Of a stretch of DNA of 64,000 bases, positions 51,075 through 63,432 are shown piece after piece. The DNA comes from Octopus bimaculoides. Taxonomy: Eukaryota. The notes under the pieces were generated by a model. The model saw only the letters and a program-made list of their open reading frames with translations. It had not been told where the DNA came from and made no database searches. Made by a program: the position numbers and the translations under genes. The stretch's first letter is position 1. Every line of letters begins with the position of its first letter. The stretch lies in NCBI RefSeq assembly GCF_001194135.2, contig NC_068998.1, positions 53,328,927 through 53,392,926 on the forward strand, read 5' to 3'.

Positions 51075-51564
51075 TATTCTTTTATTCTTTTATGCTTGTA
51101 CATGTTTCAACCCTAAGGCTGTAGCCATACTGGGGCATCGCCAATGTAATCAGTTTTTAATTGGTCAATTCTATATGATTGGCTTTTGGTGACGGATGAA
51201 CTTTGACACTGCTGCTCTCTTTTGAGTTTCCAGACTTAATATTGGTTCATCTGGTGTCTTGGATAGCAGGATGGCTAGTCATTTCTTGAAAACATCTACC
51301 CCCATCCCATAGTGAACGCTGAGATGTTTTAGCAAGGCGTTAAATGGCTGTGGGGCCCTTGAATTCCAAACCATTGCAGTACATGGTCCTCACCTTAGAT
51401 GGGACAGATGGGAATTTTCGAACAGTGCAGTGACGTCCAATTCGAGGTTTGCTATAACTTTCAATTCCAAAGTTTAGCGCCAACCCCACTGGTATCTTCC
51501 ACACATACATCACTGTATACTTCTCCCGTCTTTGATCCAGGGAGTAGAGTCGTATCTCTTTCAG

Positions 51565-51565
<1 letters not shown>
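51075..51565 (-). mobile_element. CR1-like LINE, 5'-truncated 3' end including the terminal tail
   Basis: The minus frame reads LKEIRLYSLDQRREKYTVMYVWKIPVGLALNFGIESYSKPRIGRHCTVRKFPSVPSKVRTMYCNGLEFKGP / QPFNALLKHL..GVDVFKK*LAILLSKTPDEP, matching the CR1 ORF2 C-terminus (L.LYSLERRR.RY..IY.WKI; GP.LFN.LP; FK..LD..L). The tail ends GGCGATGCCCCAGTATGGCTACAGCC..GAAACATG..AAAAGAATAAAAGAAT. Confidence 0.85.
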
Positions 51566-51600
<35 letters not shown>

Positions 51601-51806
51601 TTCATTTATGTGCGTTATCTACAGCATTAGAGCATTTTAGCTCTTATAATTAGCAATGTAGGTGTGAATTAACACACTCGTCCCATTTAGTGACAACTAT
51701 AATTCTCCTTTCTGGTGAAATATTGCAACCTGGTGTTTACATTAATTTATATACATACACACATACATATATANNNNNNNNNNNNNNNNNNNNNNNNNNN
51801 NNNNNN

Positions 51807-51842
<36 letters not shown>

Positions 51843-52059
51843 CAATAAGAAAATGGAGAGGATTAGATGGTGTTCATTAAGTTGCAGACATTGTATTTTT
51901 ATTTTTTTACAAAAAGGACAATGATGACAATATACAAGCACATGTGACATATTATGTCATGTCAGTAATGAAAAGAAATGACATATAGTGACAGAAAATG
52001 GGATAATGTCTTACAGATGTCGATTAGCCTATGCCTCTAAAGTAGCCGCACGGCACACG

Positions 52060-52200
52060 GGGCCGGTAGAATAAGTAATGTAACAAATATGCATTTATTT
52101 TTAACAAATAACAAACAACTCAATTTGTATGGCAGAGCTCTTTGAAGCGTTGGCCCAGCATGGTTGCAGTTTTATTAACTTCAAGAACTAAAACCAAACC
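52060..52200 (+). mobile_element. SINE family B 3' part, degraded
   Basis: GGTAGAATAAGTAA..GCGTTGGCCCAGCATGGTTGCAGT resembles the family B body and tail. Confidence 0.5.
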
Positions 52201-53199
52201 TAAAAAAAAAAAGATTAAGATGAACGGACAGTCATAAAATCTCATATGAATATGTAAGTAGCGACCTATTCAAAATACTTTCTTCTCGATCGCCTTTATT
52301 TTTTCCTTCCATGTAATTTCGTTGGATCTTATGTGATGGCTTAAATAAATACGTAACGTTTAGCTTTATTGGTATGTGCTCAGAGACTATTTCAACCGTT
52401 TACTTCGATTGATTCCAGTTCTCCAGTGTAGTCCGTTAATGTACATAGTTTAAAGACAGAGACGAAAATTATAACGTCAGTATAAATTTGGAGCGGCCAG
52501 TTGAGCATACTAAATCTGTTGTAATGTCATTCTTTTATTCTGATATTCTATAAATGATGCCATACTTTTATCTGTGTTCCTTGGAGACTCTCCTTTAAAG
52601 GGATTTTTAGTCGATTCCTTCATCGATTTCGGTCTTTTGCCTTTAATTGTGTTCAGTTGATCGAACATATTGACCAGGCGTCCTTAATATATCTGCCTTG
52701 TATTTAAGTTATCGATCTCCTGTTATGGAATAGTTAAGTTGCACTTTGATGTTGGGGAAGCACCACCTAACATTGTATCCAAATACTAGCTGCCATACAA
52801 ATCCATAAACATATATACATACAGACATATCATATACACATGCATGAATGCTAATATGAATGTATGGGCGTGCCAGGCATACGTATATGTATGTGTGTGT
52901 GTTTCTGTGTTTCTGTGTGTTCATAATTCCGAACTTTACCCGGAAGCGTGTGGTGCCAAAGGGATCGCTTTAATTACAAAGCAATTTTCCCTTAAATTCT
53001 GCCTTGCACGTCAACCCCCTCTTTCTTAGTTCTACTCTTTTACAGTCCACAGCTTTCTTCTTCTACATCATTATATCTGCCACAAAATTCAATCATCGTT
53101 CGTGTACATCCTTTTCCCCACCTTCATACTCATTCACTTCTTTATCACTTCATTCCTCCAATATTTTACTATTCAGAAACATGTGAATTCAATGTAAGT

Positions 53200-54290
53200 A
53201 ATGTTGCTGTTTCTAGATGAATATTAGTCTATATAATGTTTGAAATTGTTATCTAGTTCTTGTTTTATTAATGGTGATATGAAGTTCAAAGTATATTTTA
53301 ATTGGTACCGTTGCAGAAATATATAGATTCTTCATACCTATCCATGGTTTGTGAGATCATAAGATTTTCAAATCTATAACAAAATAAGGGTGTATTCTCT
53401 CCTGAACAACAAAACAGCCCCAAGCTCTCAGACATATCTGATAATCTATATGAACCAAGCAAAACTTCAAATGCATTCTTCGTTAGTTCAATGCATTTAT
53501 TCTAATAAATTCTCGAAAATATAAAAGAAATTTTGTTTTCTTTTAAATTCTCATTTCCGATTCACTATCTTTTCCTTGACTCGGAAATAGCTATCAGTAT
53601 TTTAAACAACTACATTCTTTAAAACATTGTTGTTGATATTTAGTAAATTATTTTCGATTCACCAGGAACATAACGTTACGAGGAGAATTGGTTCATCGGA
53701 ATAATTGTTAGAACCAGATTAGCGTGCATACATTGAATGGGAGTTGAACATTATAAAAGACTCCGTGTCTTTGACTCAAAAAATTGTGGTTTATTATAAG
53801 TACATTCATTATGATTTATATATCACGAATACATTCAGGAACATTAGGCTCAGAATTTAATTAATGTGGATATGAATCAAAGAATGAAGTTGTCAGGGTA
53901 ACTTTTCTCTGTATACTTATTAACTCTTCATAGTTCAAGTTCCATCTTAACTAGAAGTATCTCGCTTATACTTCTGTAAATCTTAGTTACAGAATTACCT
54001 TGTAAAAAATACTGTATGATTTTCTCTGAAGATATTGCACTGAAGATGTACTATGAGTTGAGGGGACATTCTTCGGTGCCACAGAATTGCCGAGCTAACG
54101 ATGACCGATGGAGGGCATATTTGTTAACCTATGTATTTCATTGGAAAATATGATCCTCCACCGCCACGTCTCCTCATGATCATCATCGCAATAATTGTCT
54201 ACCTCCAGGTCATCTTTGTTAACGTTCAAATCGCGGTCATTGCAGTCATTTTCAGCGTATTCAGGGTCATAATATCTTTAAAATGTCGAT
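53200..54290 (-). mobile_element. Possible piggyBac-like transposase remnant
   Basis: The minus strand has an acidic stretch (YDPEYAENDCNDRDLNVNKDDLEVDNYCDDDHEETWRW) followed collinearly by YVPGE and KPWIGMK, loosely like piggyBac Y.PG and KP.K.G.K. It is very degraded and no TIRs were found. Confidence 0.25.
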
Positions 54291-56449
54291 AATTCTTTTC
54301 ATCACCTGCTATAATAATCATATTCACCATACAATGTATGCCATGTCTGTACGCATTTTATGTATATATATATAGAATAGAATGGAATATATGTATGTAT
54401 TTTATGAATGTATATGCGTGAGTATGTGTATGTATGTATATTGATGTAAGTCTGTGGGGTAGTAGAGGATCGATCTACGTCGTCTCGCCAGTTTTTAGAT
54501 GACGTCTGTTTTATCTCGGCCGACAGCCAGCCTCGAAACTGTCAGGAAAGCAGATTATGGCATCGAATATTTTGACAAAGCTGAAACTTAGAAAATATAA
54601 TTATTTGTAATATACAAAAAGGCTACAGAAAAAATAATAAACCTGATAATGTGTAATATTCAAATTTTATTCTCTATCAAATCTGACTTATAAGATTTGA
54701 ATATTTTTAGATTAAATAACATTAAATTCTGAATCTTAATTCACTCTTTACAAAACCAACTCTTGTACGCTGTATAATGGAAACGGCTTATCAAGAATCG
54801 CCAGTCCTCCTGACAGCTGCCATTGTGAACAAACATAAAAATTATAGAAGCTAAATAAAGGTTCTGACATTTATGAAATAACTTTATTAATTTTATCACA
54901 AAAAGTAAGTATTGAAAAATATGTTATATTCAGAAATGCTTAACGCAGTAATTGGTCTCCAATAAAATAGTTTGAATCGTGTTGTTGTTCCTTCTGCTGC
55001 TGCTACTCATGATGATGATGATGATGGTGATATTTAACCCTACCTTCAATGAAGTGGAGAGTATCTGTTACCAAAGTTATTCTAGGCATAACCACATTGC
55101 AATTATAGATGGATTCTGTCTCCACCGGACTGCAATATTCTTCAACAGGATGTGATGCGATTTGAATGAAAATGAGCAGGAATTTATCACATGAAAATCA
55201 ATCACGTAGAATCTTGCTCGTGGCTAAAATGCGTAGGTCAACGCGTATAGACGTCTAGCATGGATGTAAAGTTGAAATAGTTGGAGACAACACACAATAT
55301 TATTGAATCGCATATAGATCACATGCTTAATTATTAAATGAATAATGCCAATCAGAAGCTATTTTGTCCATTCTAGATTAATAAACATTCTTGCTGAACT
55401 TCCATTGCATAACTAATTGTTATCAGAAGAATTGTTAATTAGTCTAAAACTCTAGTTGAATCACAATCTACTCATCATTAATAATTAATTTTTACCTTCG
55501 ATTAGCCAAAGTATGTGAAGTTTACTCTGAATGGTTGAATGAATTGTATATATAGATTTGTCTGAATGTAGACAATGTCTGCGTATGGTGTTTAGAAATA
55601 AGCCTTGCTTGTAGAAGAGGTGGGCGCATTATGTTAAGTGCAGTGAATGTCAGTTCTAACTGTCGTAACATGAATATAGATCCAGTGTAATACATTTAGG
55701 TAGGGGAAAATGAAGTAGGTATTGCTTTGAAAAAGACAATGCTTATTTCGTGGTGAGATGAAAGGCACCGCGGTATGTTTATTATGTTTATATACGTTTA
55801 CATATGTGTCATTTACGGTTAACAGATATCGAATATCAAGTGTTGAATTCGAACTCGATGTTCATCAATAACTGTAACGAGGTCCACACACGCTGTGCGC
55901 TTCACTAAGTACAAAAGAATTTCTAAAGGGAAAGAATAAAACTTTCGATTGTGTAATATTAGAGAGTAGAGTTTCACACAAGTTGATTTTAAAATTTAGT
56001 AGCAAACAATTTCGTATCTTTCATACTTTTAACTCCATTCGTCACAAATTCTATTTATTGTAATGTTCGCTGAAAAATAAATTTTGGAACTGAAGCCATT
56101 AAGTTTTACATTTGAATCTATTGTTGTGACATTATTTTCACTCTATATAACGCATGCATGGTGATTACAGCATAAAGCTGAGACTATCAATTAGAATTCT
56201 GATTATATGTCGGTATTTCTGAGATATGCTATTGGCAGTGTGGTCTGAATTGCTTGAACTTATTAATTTAGTCTTTTTCAGTTTCTGTCTGTATTTCTGT
56301 ACAATACAATAGTACAGTACAATACAGCATCGCTCAATATAATACGATGCAATACAGCTTAATATATTACAGAGATGCGTTATTGCTAACGTATAGATTG
56401 CATGATTGAAATATTGCTAATGTGACGCAATGACAAAGTAGAAGCTGAA

Positions 56450-57480
56450 TTAGTGTCACCAACGAAGCCAGTTCAGATCTTACTTCTCTACTGATTGGGG
56501 AATGGGCCATCAAATCTGGATTACGGTAAACTTCTTGTATTCAATGTGTATTTCACCTCACTATTGAAGACGGAAAGGTCTGATTCCCGTAGTGGACGAT
56601 CCGTTGTTCTTCAGCGACGTTTACATTTCTCATTGATCTCTATGTAGCTGTTGATATATTTTCCTCATAAAGCCCTCTCGTTATGTTCTCCTGCCACTCA
56701 TTTTTGTCATTAAAGCATATAATTAGTGTTAAGCGGACGTTAAATTGGTGGTGTGTTGATCACTACTTTATGAGAGGAATTCGAATTATAACTGCTGCGT
56801 TTTGTTTCTCGGACATAAACAAATGACTAATTGTTCAGCAAATGGTTTATTAAGCGACAAAGTTAAAACACCCAGGAAATATCATATCCTAATCCACAAT
56901 TATCGTGCTGGAATGGAAAACTTAATATACGAAAACAATTCCTTCGAATATTAATGTTAATTCTCTTTGAAATTTACTTCGTTTTGAGATTCCCTATATT
57001 CATAACGTAATTGATTAAAGTAACGACACGTCATATCACCTTTTTGTACTATTGTTCATCTTATTCTTTCTCTCTTTGATTGCTTCCAAAGGAGAAGTTT
57101 TAAAATTGTTGGTTTTGTATTAACAGTCTTCAGTATCCACTTGCTGCACCTTTTCATGGTGCCCTTATCACTGTCCCATAAAGAGTCTCCATGCTCATTC
57201 TTCTACGGCTCACACGATTTCGTTCTTACTCATAAAGTAATAATGAGAGATTCATCTCCCTACAAACCCTTATCAGACACCTGATTGTTGCACTCTTTTT
57301 TCTCTGCTATTTTACAAATAGATATTTTTTTAGAAACCTTCTGTTGATCCTCTTCACAGAACGTAGGACAACTTGACATTAGAAGTTTCCTTTTTGTTAT
57401 TTTGTAACAAATAAAAAAATTAAGTGGTTTCCTGTTATGAACTAGTGGGAGCCATGAAGCCACTTACTAGCTGCCGTATG
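56450..57480 (-). mobile_element. Degraded RTE-like LINE (endonuclease to pre-RT region)
   Basis: Collinear weak minus-strand motifs: SSCPTFCEED (cf. YAPT), RVCREMNL (cf. FC...NL.I.NT), NEWQENITRGLYEE (cf. RW.EY...LY) and VFNSEVKYTL..FDG (cf. IL.SEV..AL..K.PG.DG). Confidence 0.35.
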
Positions 57481-58914
57481 AGAAAATGGGGGGGAAAATG
57501 CATAAAATACAATAAGCTACATTTGAAATACGTCAATCTTTATTGTAAACCTAATCGACACTGCTCGCTTCTATAAATGATTTTACAATGATAAAGGACA
57601 AAAGCGTTTTAGCTCACCCAGCTAACATGAAAACATTCGATTCATATCATTCGAAACCTGAAGAATTTTTTTTGTTTTACAAAAACGTGTTGCAATACAA
57701 ATTCTCTACGTCGAAAATATCTTGAAATGCTGATCCTATCTTTCGTTTATTGTTTTGTTCAAACAATGAAAGATAGAGACCTAAAAGACATCAGGACTTT
57801 GCATGCTTTTATCTTTCAATGATGTACATAAGAGAATGATGTAGTGAGAGATACATTAACAACATCTACAGAGATAAATATATACATATACACGTACATT
57901 AACAATTCTCTAAATACCACTTTAGAGTGGGAGATATTTCATAATCTCTTTTAGAACAGAACCCGGTATTTGATAAGAATTCTCCTCTAACGTTTGCTGA
58001 TAACTCGTGTTTTATTTTCAATTAAGATATTGAATAAATATTATCAATTTACCTCCCCAGTTGGTATTATCTGAAAATCAATTAGGAAAATGATTAACAC
58101 CTTATTCTCAAAAATAATATTAATAATCTCCAAGTCGTGTAGCTCCTTTATTTTCACTGATTCTTTTCAATACTTTCTATTTTCCAATATCAATTACTAC
58201 ATCCTATTTCTACTCTCCTAATACATTCTCCAATATATGAATCTCTTTATACATCATTTTTATTTATGTTACCTCTTAGTTTGTAATTATTTTCTCTCCA
58301 ATACATAAAATATTTATTTAATTCTCAATTTAATTGGTGGACTTTAATTTGTTTTAAAATTGCAAGACATCTCGGATAATATGGTATTCATTAATATAAC
58401 TTATCTTTCATTTAAAGTAACCAACGGCATCAAATTACATCATGTTTTATAGCTTGCACTATATATTAATCGATGAAGTTATCTTTTAAATAATTTTCAT
58501 TAACTTGAACCATACAAGCAGTATCAATTCGAAAGACTGTAATATTTGATTATTTAGAAGCAATTATTGTATATTTATATAAGTTAATGTTTATATGATT
58601 GCAGCTTACAGCATATTTTCAAATTTATTCAATGTAAAGCAAAGGCATCTGTGAAAAGATGTCAGGACTCGGTAATGATTCGTAGTTTAATGGCGACTTT
58701 AAATATCATATATGCTTCTTTTATGGCATATTTAGACACACTGACATTTTATTATGTAGATTGGGCCATACAAAACCATCGGCCTGTAACTTACGAAGCG
58801 TGTGTATACGTAAGCTTGCTTCGTCAAGTCTGGCCAAGGGTTAAATCACAAGAATAAAACAACAAAGCAATCATCGACCTCAACTAACACCCTTCGTCGC
58901 CAACACTGTAAGCA

Positions 58915-59040
58915 TAATCATCATCATCATTATCATCATCATCATCAACAGTATCATCACCCTCATTATCATCAACATCATCAGCAGCAGCAGCAGCAGC
59001 ATTAGCAGCGGGAGCACCGTCATCATCATCGTCGTCAGCA
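58915..59040. repeat. Compound (CAT)n/(CAG)n trinucleotide tract
   Basis: ATCATCATC...AGCAGCAGC...ATCATCATCGTCGTC, read directly. Confidence 0.9.
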
Positions 59041-59298
59041 GGTGGGTGGGCAGCACCAGGATATTCCATTTGTCGGATCAACTGGAATACGGGTATTCGT
59101 GACAGATGGAATCTATATTTATATCAATATCAATCTCTCCCTTCCTCTCACACTCTCTCTCTATCTATCTATCTGTCTATCTGTCTTTCTTTCTGTCTTT
59201 CTATCTATCTATCCATAGGTATATATAGGTATACATATAGACATAAACGTTATTTTCCAAGCACACACTCAGTCGCACATACGTGAATATACCCCTGT

Positions 59299-59299
<1 letters not shown>

Positions 59300-59394
<95 letters not shown>
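59300..59394. repeat. (AC)16(AT)10(GT)21 compound microsatellite containing an 86-bp perfect palindrome
   Basis: Counted directly: AC 59301-59332, AT 59333-59352, GT 59353-59394; the palindrome spans 59300-59385. Confidence 0.95.
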
Positions 59395-59395
<1 letters not shown>

Positions 59396-60250
59396 CTGGT
59401 GTTATAACTGCATTTATGATTACACAATCAACTGTTCCTTATCCAGCACAAGGTCGGGCATTGCTATCCACAAAACAAAGATGAAAATTACAAGATTACT
59501 TTTTATTATTTGATTTATTATAATCATTAGAGTAAAATAATTCTTACAAATACAGTAATTGCATGCATAAAAGTTTTCATTTGTGTTTTTTCACATTTCA
59601 TTAAATAATTACACGAAAAATCTTTTGTATTGATTTTTATGACATTTTCCTTTTGAGAATACGATTATTCAATGGAATTTTATTTGGCTTTCCTTAGTTA
59701 TTTAATACTGAGCATCTTATATTTTGCTTTTCTTTGGTTTTAAAAACAAGGCTAACTAGCATCTATAAAAATAAGATTTACAGCTCTCAGGTAAAATGGT
59801 ATGCACCTGCGTTTATACCTTCTAGCAGAAAATTTACATTCTGTTATAGTGTTCAGCTGCCAATTGCAAATTCTAAGGAGAGATATGGTTGTGCTGTTTA
59901 AATTTTTTTCTCTTCAAACTTCGTGATTCTCCGCGTGATTCTACCTTACGGCAATTTAGGTTAGCTGTAATAACTGTAGACATGTGCTAAATATATTCCC
60001 TAATACCTAAAATTCATTTGTTGAAATATATATAAAAGCACAGCAATATAGAGCTACATATATATTTTTAAGTCACCATATATGTATTCAAGTAATACGG
60101 TAGCATTCTTTTAAAAAAAACAGCTCCTGAATGTATTATTCTACAAAACATACAATTTATGATACGAGAGAAAAGTACAAGGAGTGTTTCATGAAGTTTT
60201 ATTTAATACTAAGAAAATACGGTTTCACGACAAATTGTTTCGTCACTTAC

Positions 60251-60354
60251 AAACGTGGAAATATTTAATGTTATATTTGCGTTTCTTTGGTTGTAAAGAA
60301 ACGCATGGTCTTCTCCACATGCACTTCTGAATAGTTCAATGGAATATACGTGTT
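60251..60354 (-). CDS. Candidate exon (xHVYSIELFRSACGEDHAFLYNQRNANITLNISTF)
   Basis: Consensus donor GTAAGT at 60250-60245 on the minus strand, with a pyrimidine-rich stretch ending ..GTAACAAG at 60355; one open frame over 104 nt. An alternative acceptor at 60327 gives a different open frame. The peptide is not recognised. Confidence 0.2.
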
Positions 60355-60882
60355 CTTGTTACACGCAAATAAAAAGCAGCAGAATAGACAAGTATTCGTT
60401 CAGAAGACGTTAGAAAGTAATTAATTTTATAATTGCTCCAAAGATCCGATAAACTATTGGATATGTGCCGCATCATTATGGCTCTTTTATTCTTTGAAAG
60501 TTTGAATTCAGAAAAATAAATGGTTTTAGTTAATAATGAAACATCTTATTTATTTGTTTTTATTTACTGCTTTTAACTTTTATTTAATTGTTTACTTCAA
60601 ACAAGTAAATGGTGAAAGAGGAAATGAAACAAATGGACTTTTGCCACCAAATTCCTGGTGTTATTTTATTACCTGTGATTCTAAATTAATTCATGGTATT
60701 GAAGAGAAAGAAATTTATAAGTCATGAATAATATAGTCTTCTTTCCAACGTAAAAATCAGTATAATTCTACAGAATAATAATTTCTAATAATTACTGTAG
60801 AACTTAGAAGTGTTTTTTTTTCTTTTCAAAATGGTGTGCAGAATAATATAGCACGAACAATATCCACAACATCAACAATGGG

Positions 60883-60925
<43 letters not shown>
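60883..60925. repeat. (AAT)n microsatellite
   Basis: Perfect run, read directly. Confidence 0.95.
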
Positions 60926-60931
<6 letters not shown>

Positions 60932-61504
60932 TTCAATTTAATTTTACAACCAGAAATTTAATATATTTATATTAAATGAATTCTCTCCATATTGGAAAAA
61001 AAAATGTTGTTATTGCCATCAACATTATCATTGGCATGCTATGAATTAAGAGGCTAAATTAGATGAAAGTATCAAATAACAATCATATTTTAACAAATAT
61101 TGTTATTTAATATTCATTCATGTTAAATCTATTTAAAAAAATTATATAGAATAAATATTGTTTTCTAAATTTTCCGCAGATATTTTGGGAAAATATATAA
61201 CAAATTGAGTTTTCTTATTAGATACCAGTATTTGATCGATTACAGATTAATAATTGTCTCCATTATGGGCCCTAGGCCCACAACCATAGGGGTGGTGTAA
61301 GCCGATTATACCGAGCAGATTTCTTAACAGTTTCTGCATCTTATGGACCACGAATTGAAGGCAAACATTATTCTCATCGCCTAAATTTGAATTCATTCAG
61401 AAGCTAAATAACTACAAGACAAAAGGCCAGTCGTTCATCTGGCGGTCTTTTGATTCTTCAGATCTAAAACACTTAATTATGCTTGAATATTAAAATTTAG
61501 AACA

Positions 61505-61655
61505 AAGGCCGACTGAGGGCGGAATCGTTAGCAGACAGGGCAAAATGCTTAGCGACATCTTTTACGTTTTGTATTCAAATTACGCCGAAGTCGATTTGTC
61601 TTTCATCCTAATGGGATCGATTTAATCCACTTACCTTGGCCAAATTTTGAAACCG
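61505..61655 (+). mobile_element. SINE family A with internal deletion
   Basis: GGCGGAATCGTTAGCAGACAGGGCAAAATGCTTAGCG..TATTCAAATTACGCCGAAGTCGATTTGTCTTTCATCC. A small minus-strand tail fragment lies at about 61265-61315. Confidence 0.8.
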
Positions 61656-63071
61656 CTATTGTACTTTTTTTATGCGACTTCATAAACGAAACTCAAAAAC
61701 ATGCTCTCTCACTTAATAGCACCAACAAGAACAACAGCAACAAATATATTTCTGGTTTTGAAGATGATAAGTTTTCAGGTGGTTTCGAAAGTTTATTACA
61801 AGATTTTGCGTTGCTTTAACGACGGTAACATTTTAAATTTCAGCTCAACTGAGAAAAAATGGTGATAATTGAAGAGAGCAAGGTGAAGATGATAGCACTG
61901 CTACGGAAGAATTGTGACGTGATTTTGATGAATGGATTCACTGCAAAAACCCTGGTGCTATGAGCTGCTGCGTTGATGTGGTGAAAAGGAATTTGCACTT
62001 GATAATTTTCCTCGGCGTTTCCGTTTAATGTTGTGCATTGTAGTCTTAAATGCAGTCATACAGCGTTGATCAATCGCAGATTTTAATGCATTGAGATTTT
62101 TAATTATAATCACACATTCGGGAATGAAAAAAAAAACAACCACTCCACATAGAATGAATTGATTTTGATATTATTGATTTAAAGTGAGGAGGGGATCCTT
62201 TAACTCATAAATCCAGTGACTGCTCTTTATGCGATGTACCATAACCTTAAATTCCATTTCTCTTCACCGGTAAGAAAACTCTTGAAATAATATTGAAGAT
62301 CAACATTACGAACCTTAATAGAATTATACTGCAACTCAACGTTGCCATAGTCGAATTTTCACATGAATCTGTACAGTATTATCTTCTGCTATGGAAGAAG
62401 AAAGTTGTCTATGACTATCAACACACAAAGTTGATTGTCCACTTCGTAAATATTATTTGAAAACCGTACACTTCACGGAAATATATCCTCAAATCCGAAA
62501 TTTTCAGAAAGTCGTAAGAGATTCAAATATTACATATTAGTCACAAAAAATTAATTATGTTCGCTGTCTTTTTCAGGCATTTTCTCCTCGCAAAAATAAT
62601 TACGGTTATTTGAGTATCATTGTATAACTCTTAGGTAATCGTCGTTTCTCTTTATACGTTTTAATCTGCAGACGTTTTCACCCCTTCTCATTGTGCTTAA
62701 ATTGAAAATTCTTTTTATCTAAACGACACGAAGTACTTGTGGCACGAATCTTTTATGTCACGAAATTATGTGGCACGCACACATATTCACACAAAGGCGC
62801 ATATAAACACAGGTTTGCGTATATACATGCATGGTTATTTGCTAAATGTAAGTACTTAAGTATATATATATATATATATACATCCATTTGCTTAAATATA
62901 TGTATATAATCATACATTCACTGCGCACACGCTCACGCACACACACACACACACATACCAACACGCACACAAATGCATACACACCCACACAAAAAGATAT
63001 AGACGTATAATTAACCATACACATATATATATATATATATATATTCACAAGTACATATATATATATATATA

Positions 63072-63072
<1 letters not shown>

Positions 63073-63128
<56 letters not shown>
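63073..63128. repeat. (TAT)n microsatellite
   Basis: Perfect run, read directly. Confidence 0.95.
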
Positions 63129-63339
63129 CTTCCAGAAGTAAGAGTATTACACAAAGACTGAGAATTTCGTACGTTAGCACTTATCACGAAACTCAGGCTC
63201 ATGTGCCACTCTGTTACTTTTGCTGAATAATAATAATAAGAAGAAGAATTTTATATTAAGTGATAGATAGCTCGACAGGTATCGGTAATAAACAATGTAT
63301 ATATATACTACCAGAGACATTTCTATGTATGTATGTATG

Positions 63340-63432
<93 letters not shown>

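Larger units (their letters stand above)
761..51806. other. 15 assembly gaps (N-runs, about 4.35 kb in total)
   Basis: 761-904, 7750-8054, 15462-15497, 20779-20872, 21848-22489, 24133-24905, 26155-26220, 27806-27999, 28997-29243, 31252-31342, 32519-33278, 36686-36759, 37899-38770, 45925-45945 and 51774-51806. All except 36686-36759, which is inside a SINE, abut dinucleotide repeats. Confidence 0.95.

Noticed and set aside
58836-58844. AAGGGTTAA, resembling a piggyBac right end with a TTAA target site (TTAACCCT also at about 22766 and 55034)
   Set aside because: There are no matching extended TIR pairs, and 8-9-mers are frequent in AT-rich DNA.
58884-59081. Poly-Asp/poly-Ala ORF
   Set aside because: It is the translation of the (CAT)n/(CAG)n microsatellite.
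62033-62091. GTGCATTGTAGT (first 12 nt of miR-33) at the base of an imperfect hairpin of about 59 nt
   Set aside because: The remaining mature nucleotides differ from miR-33 and the inner half of the stem does not pair.
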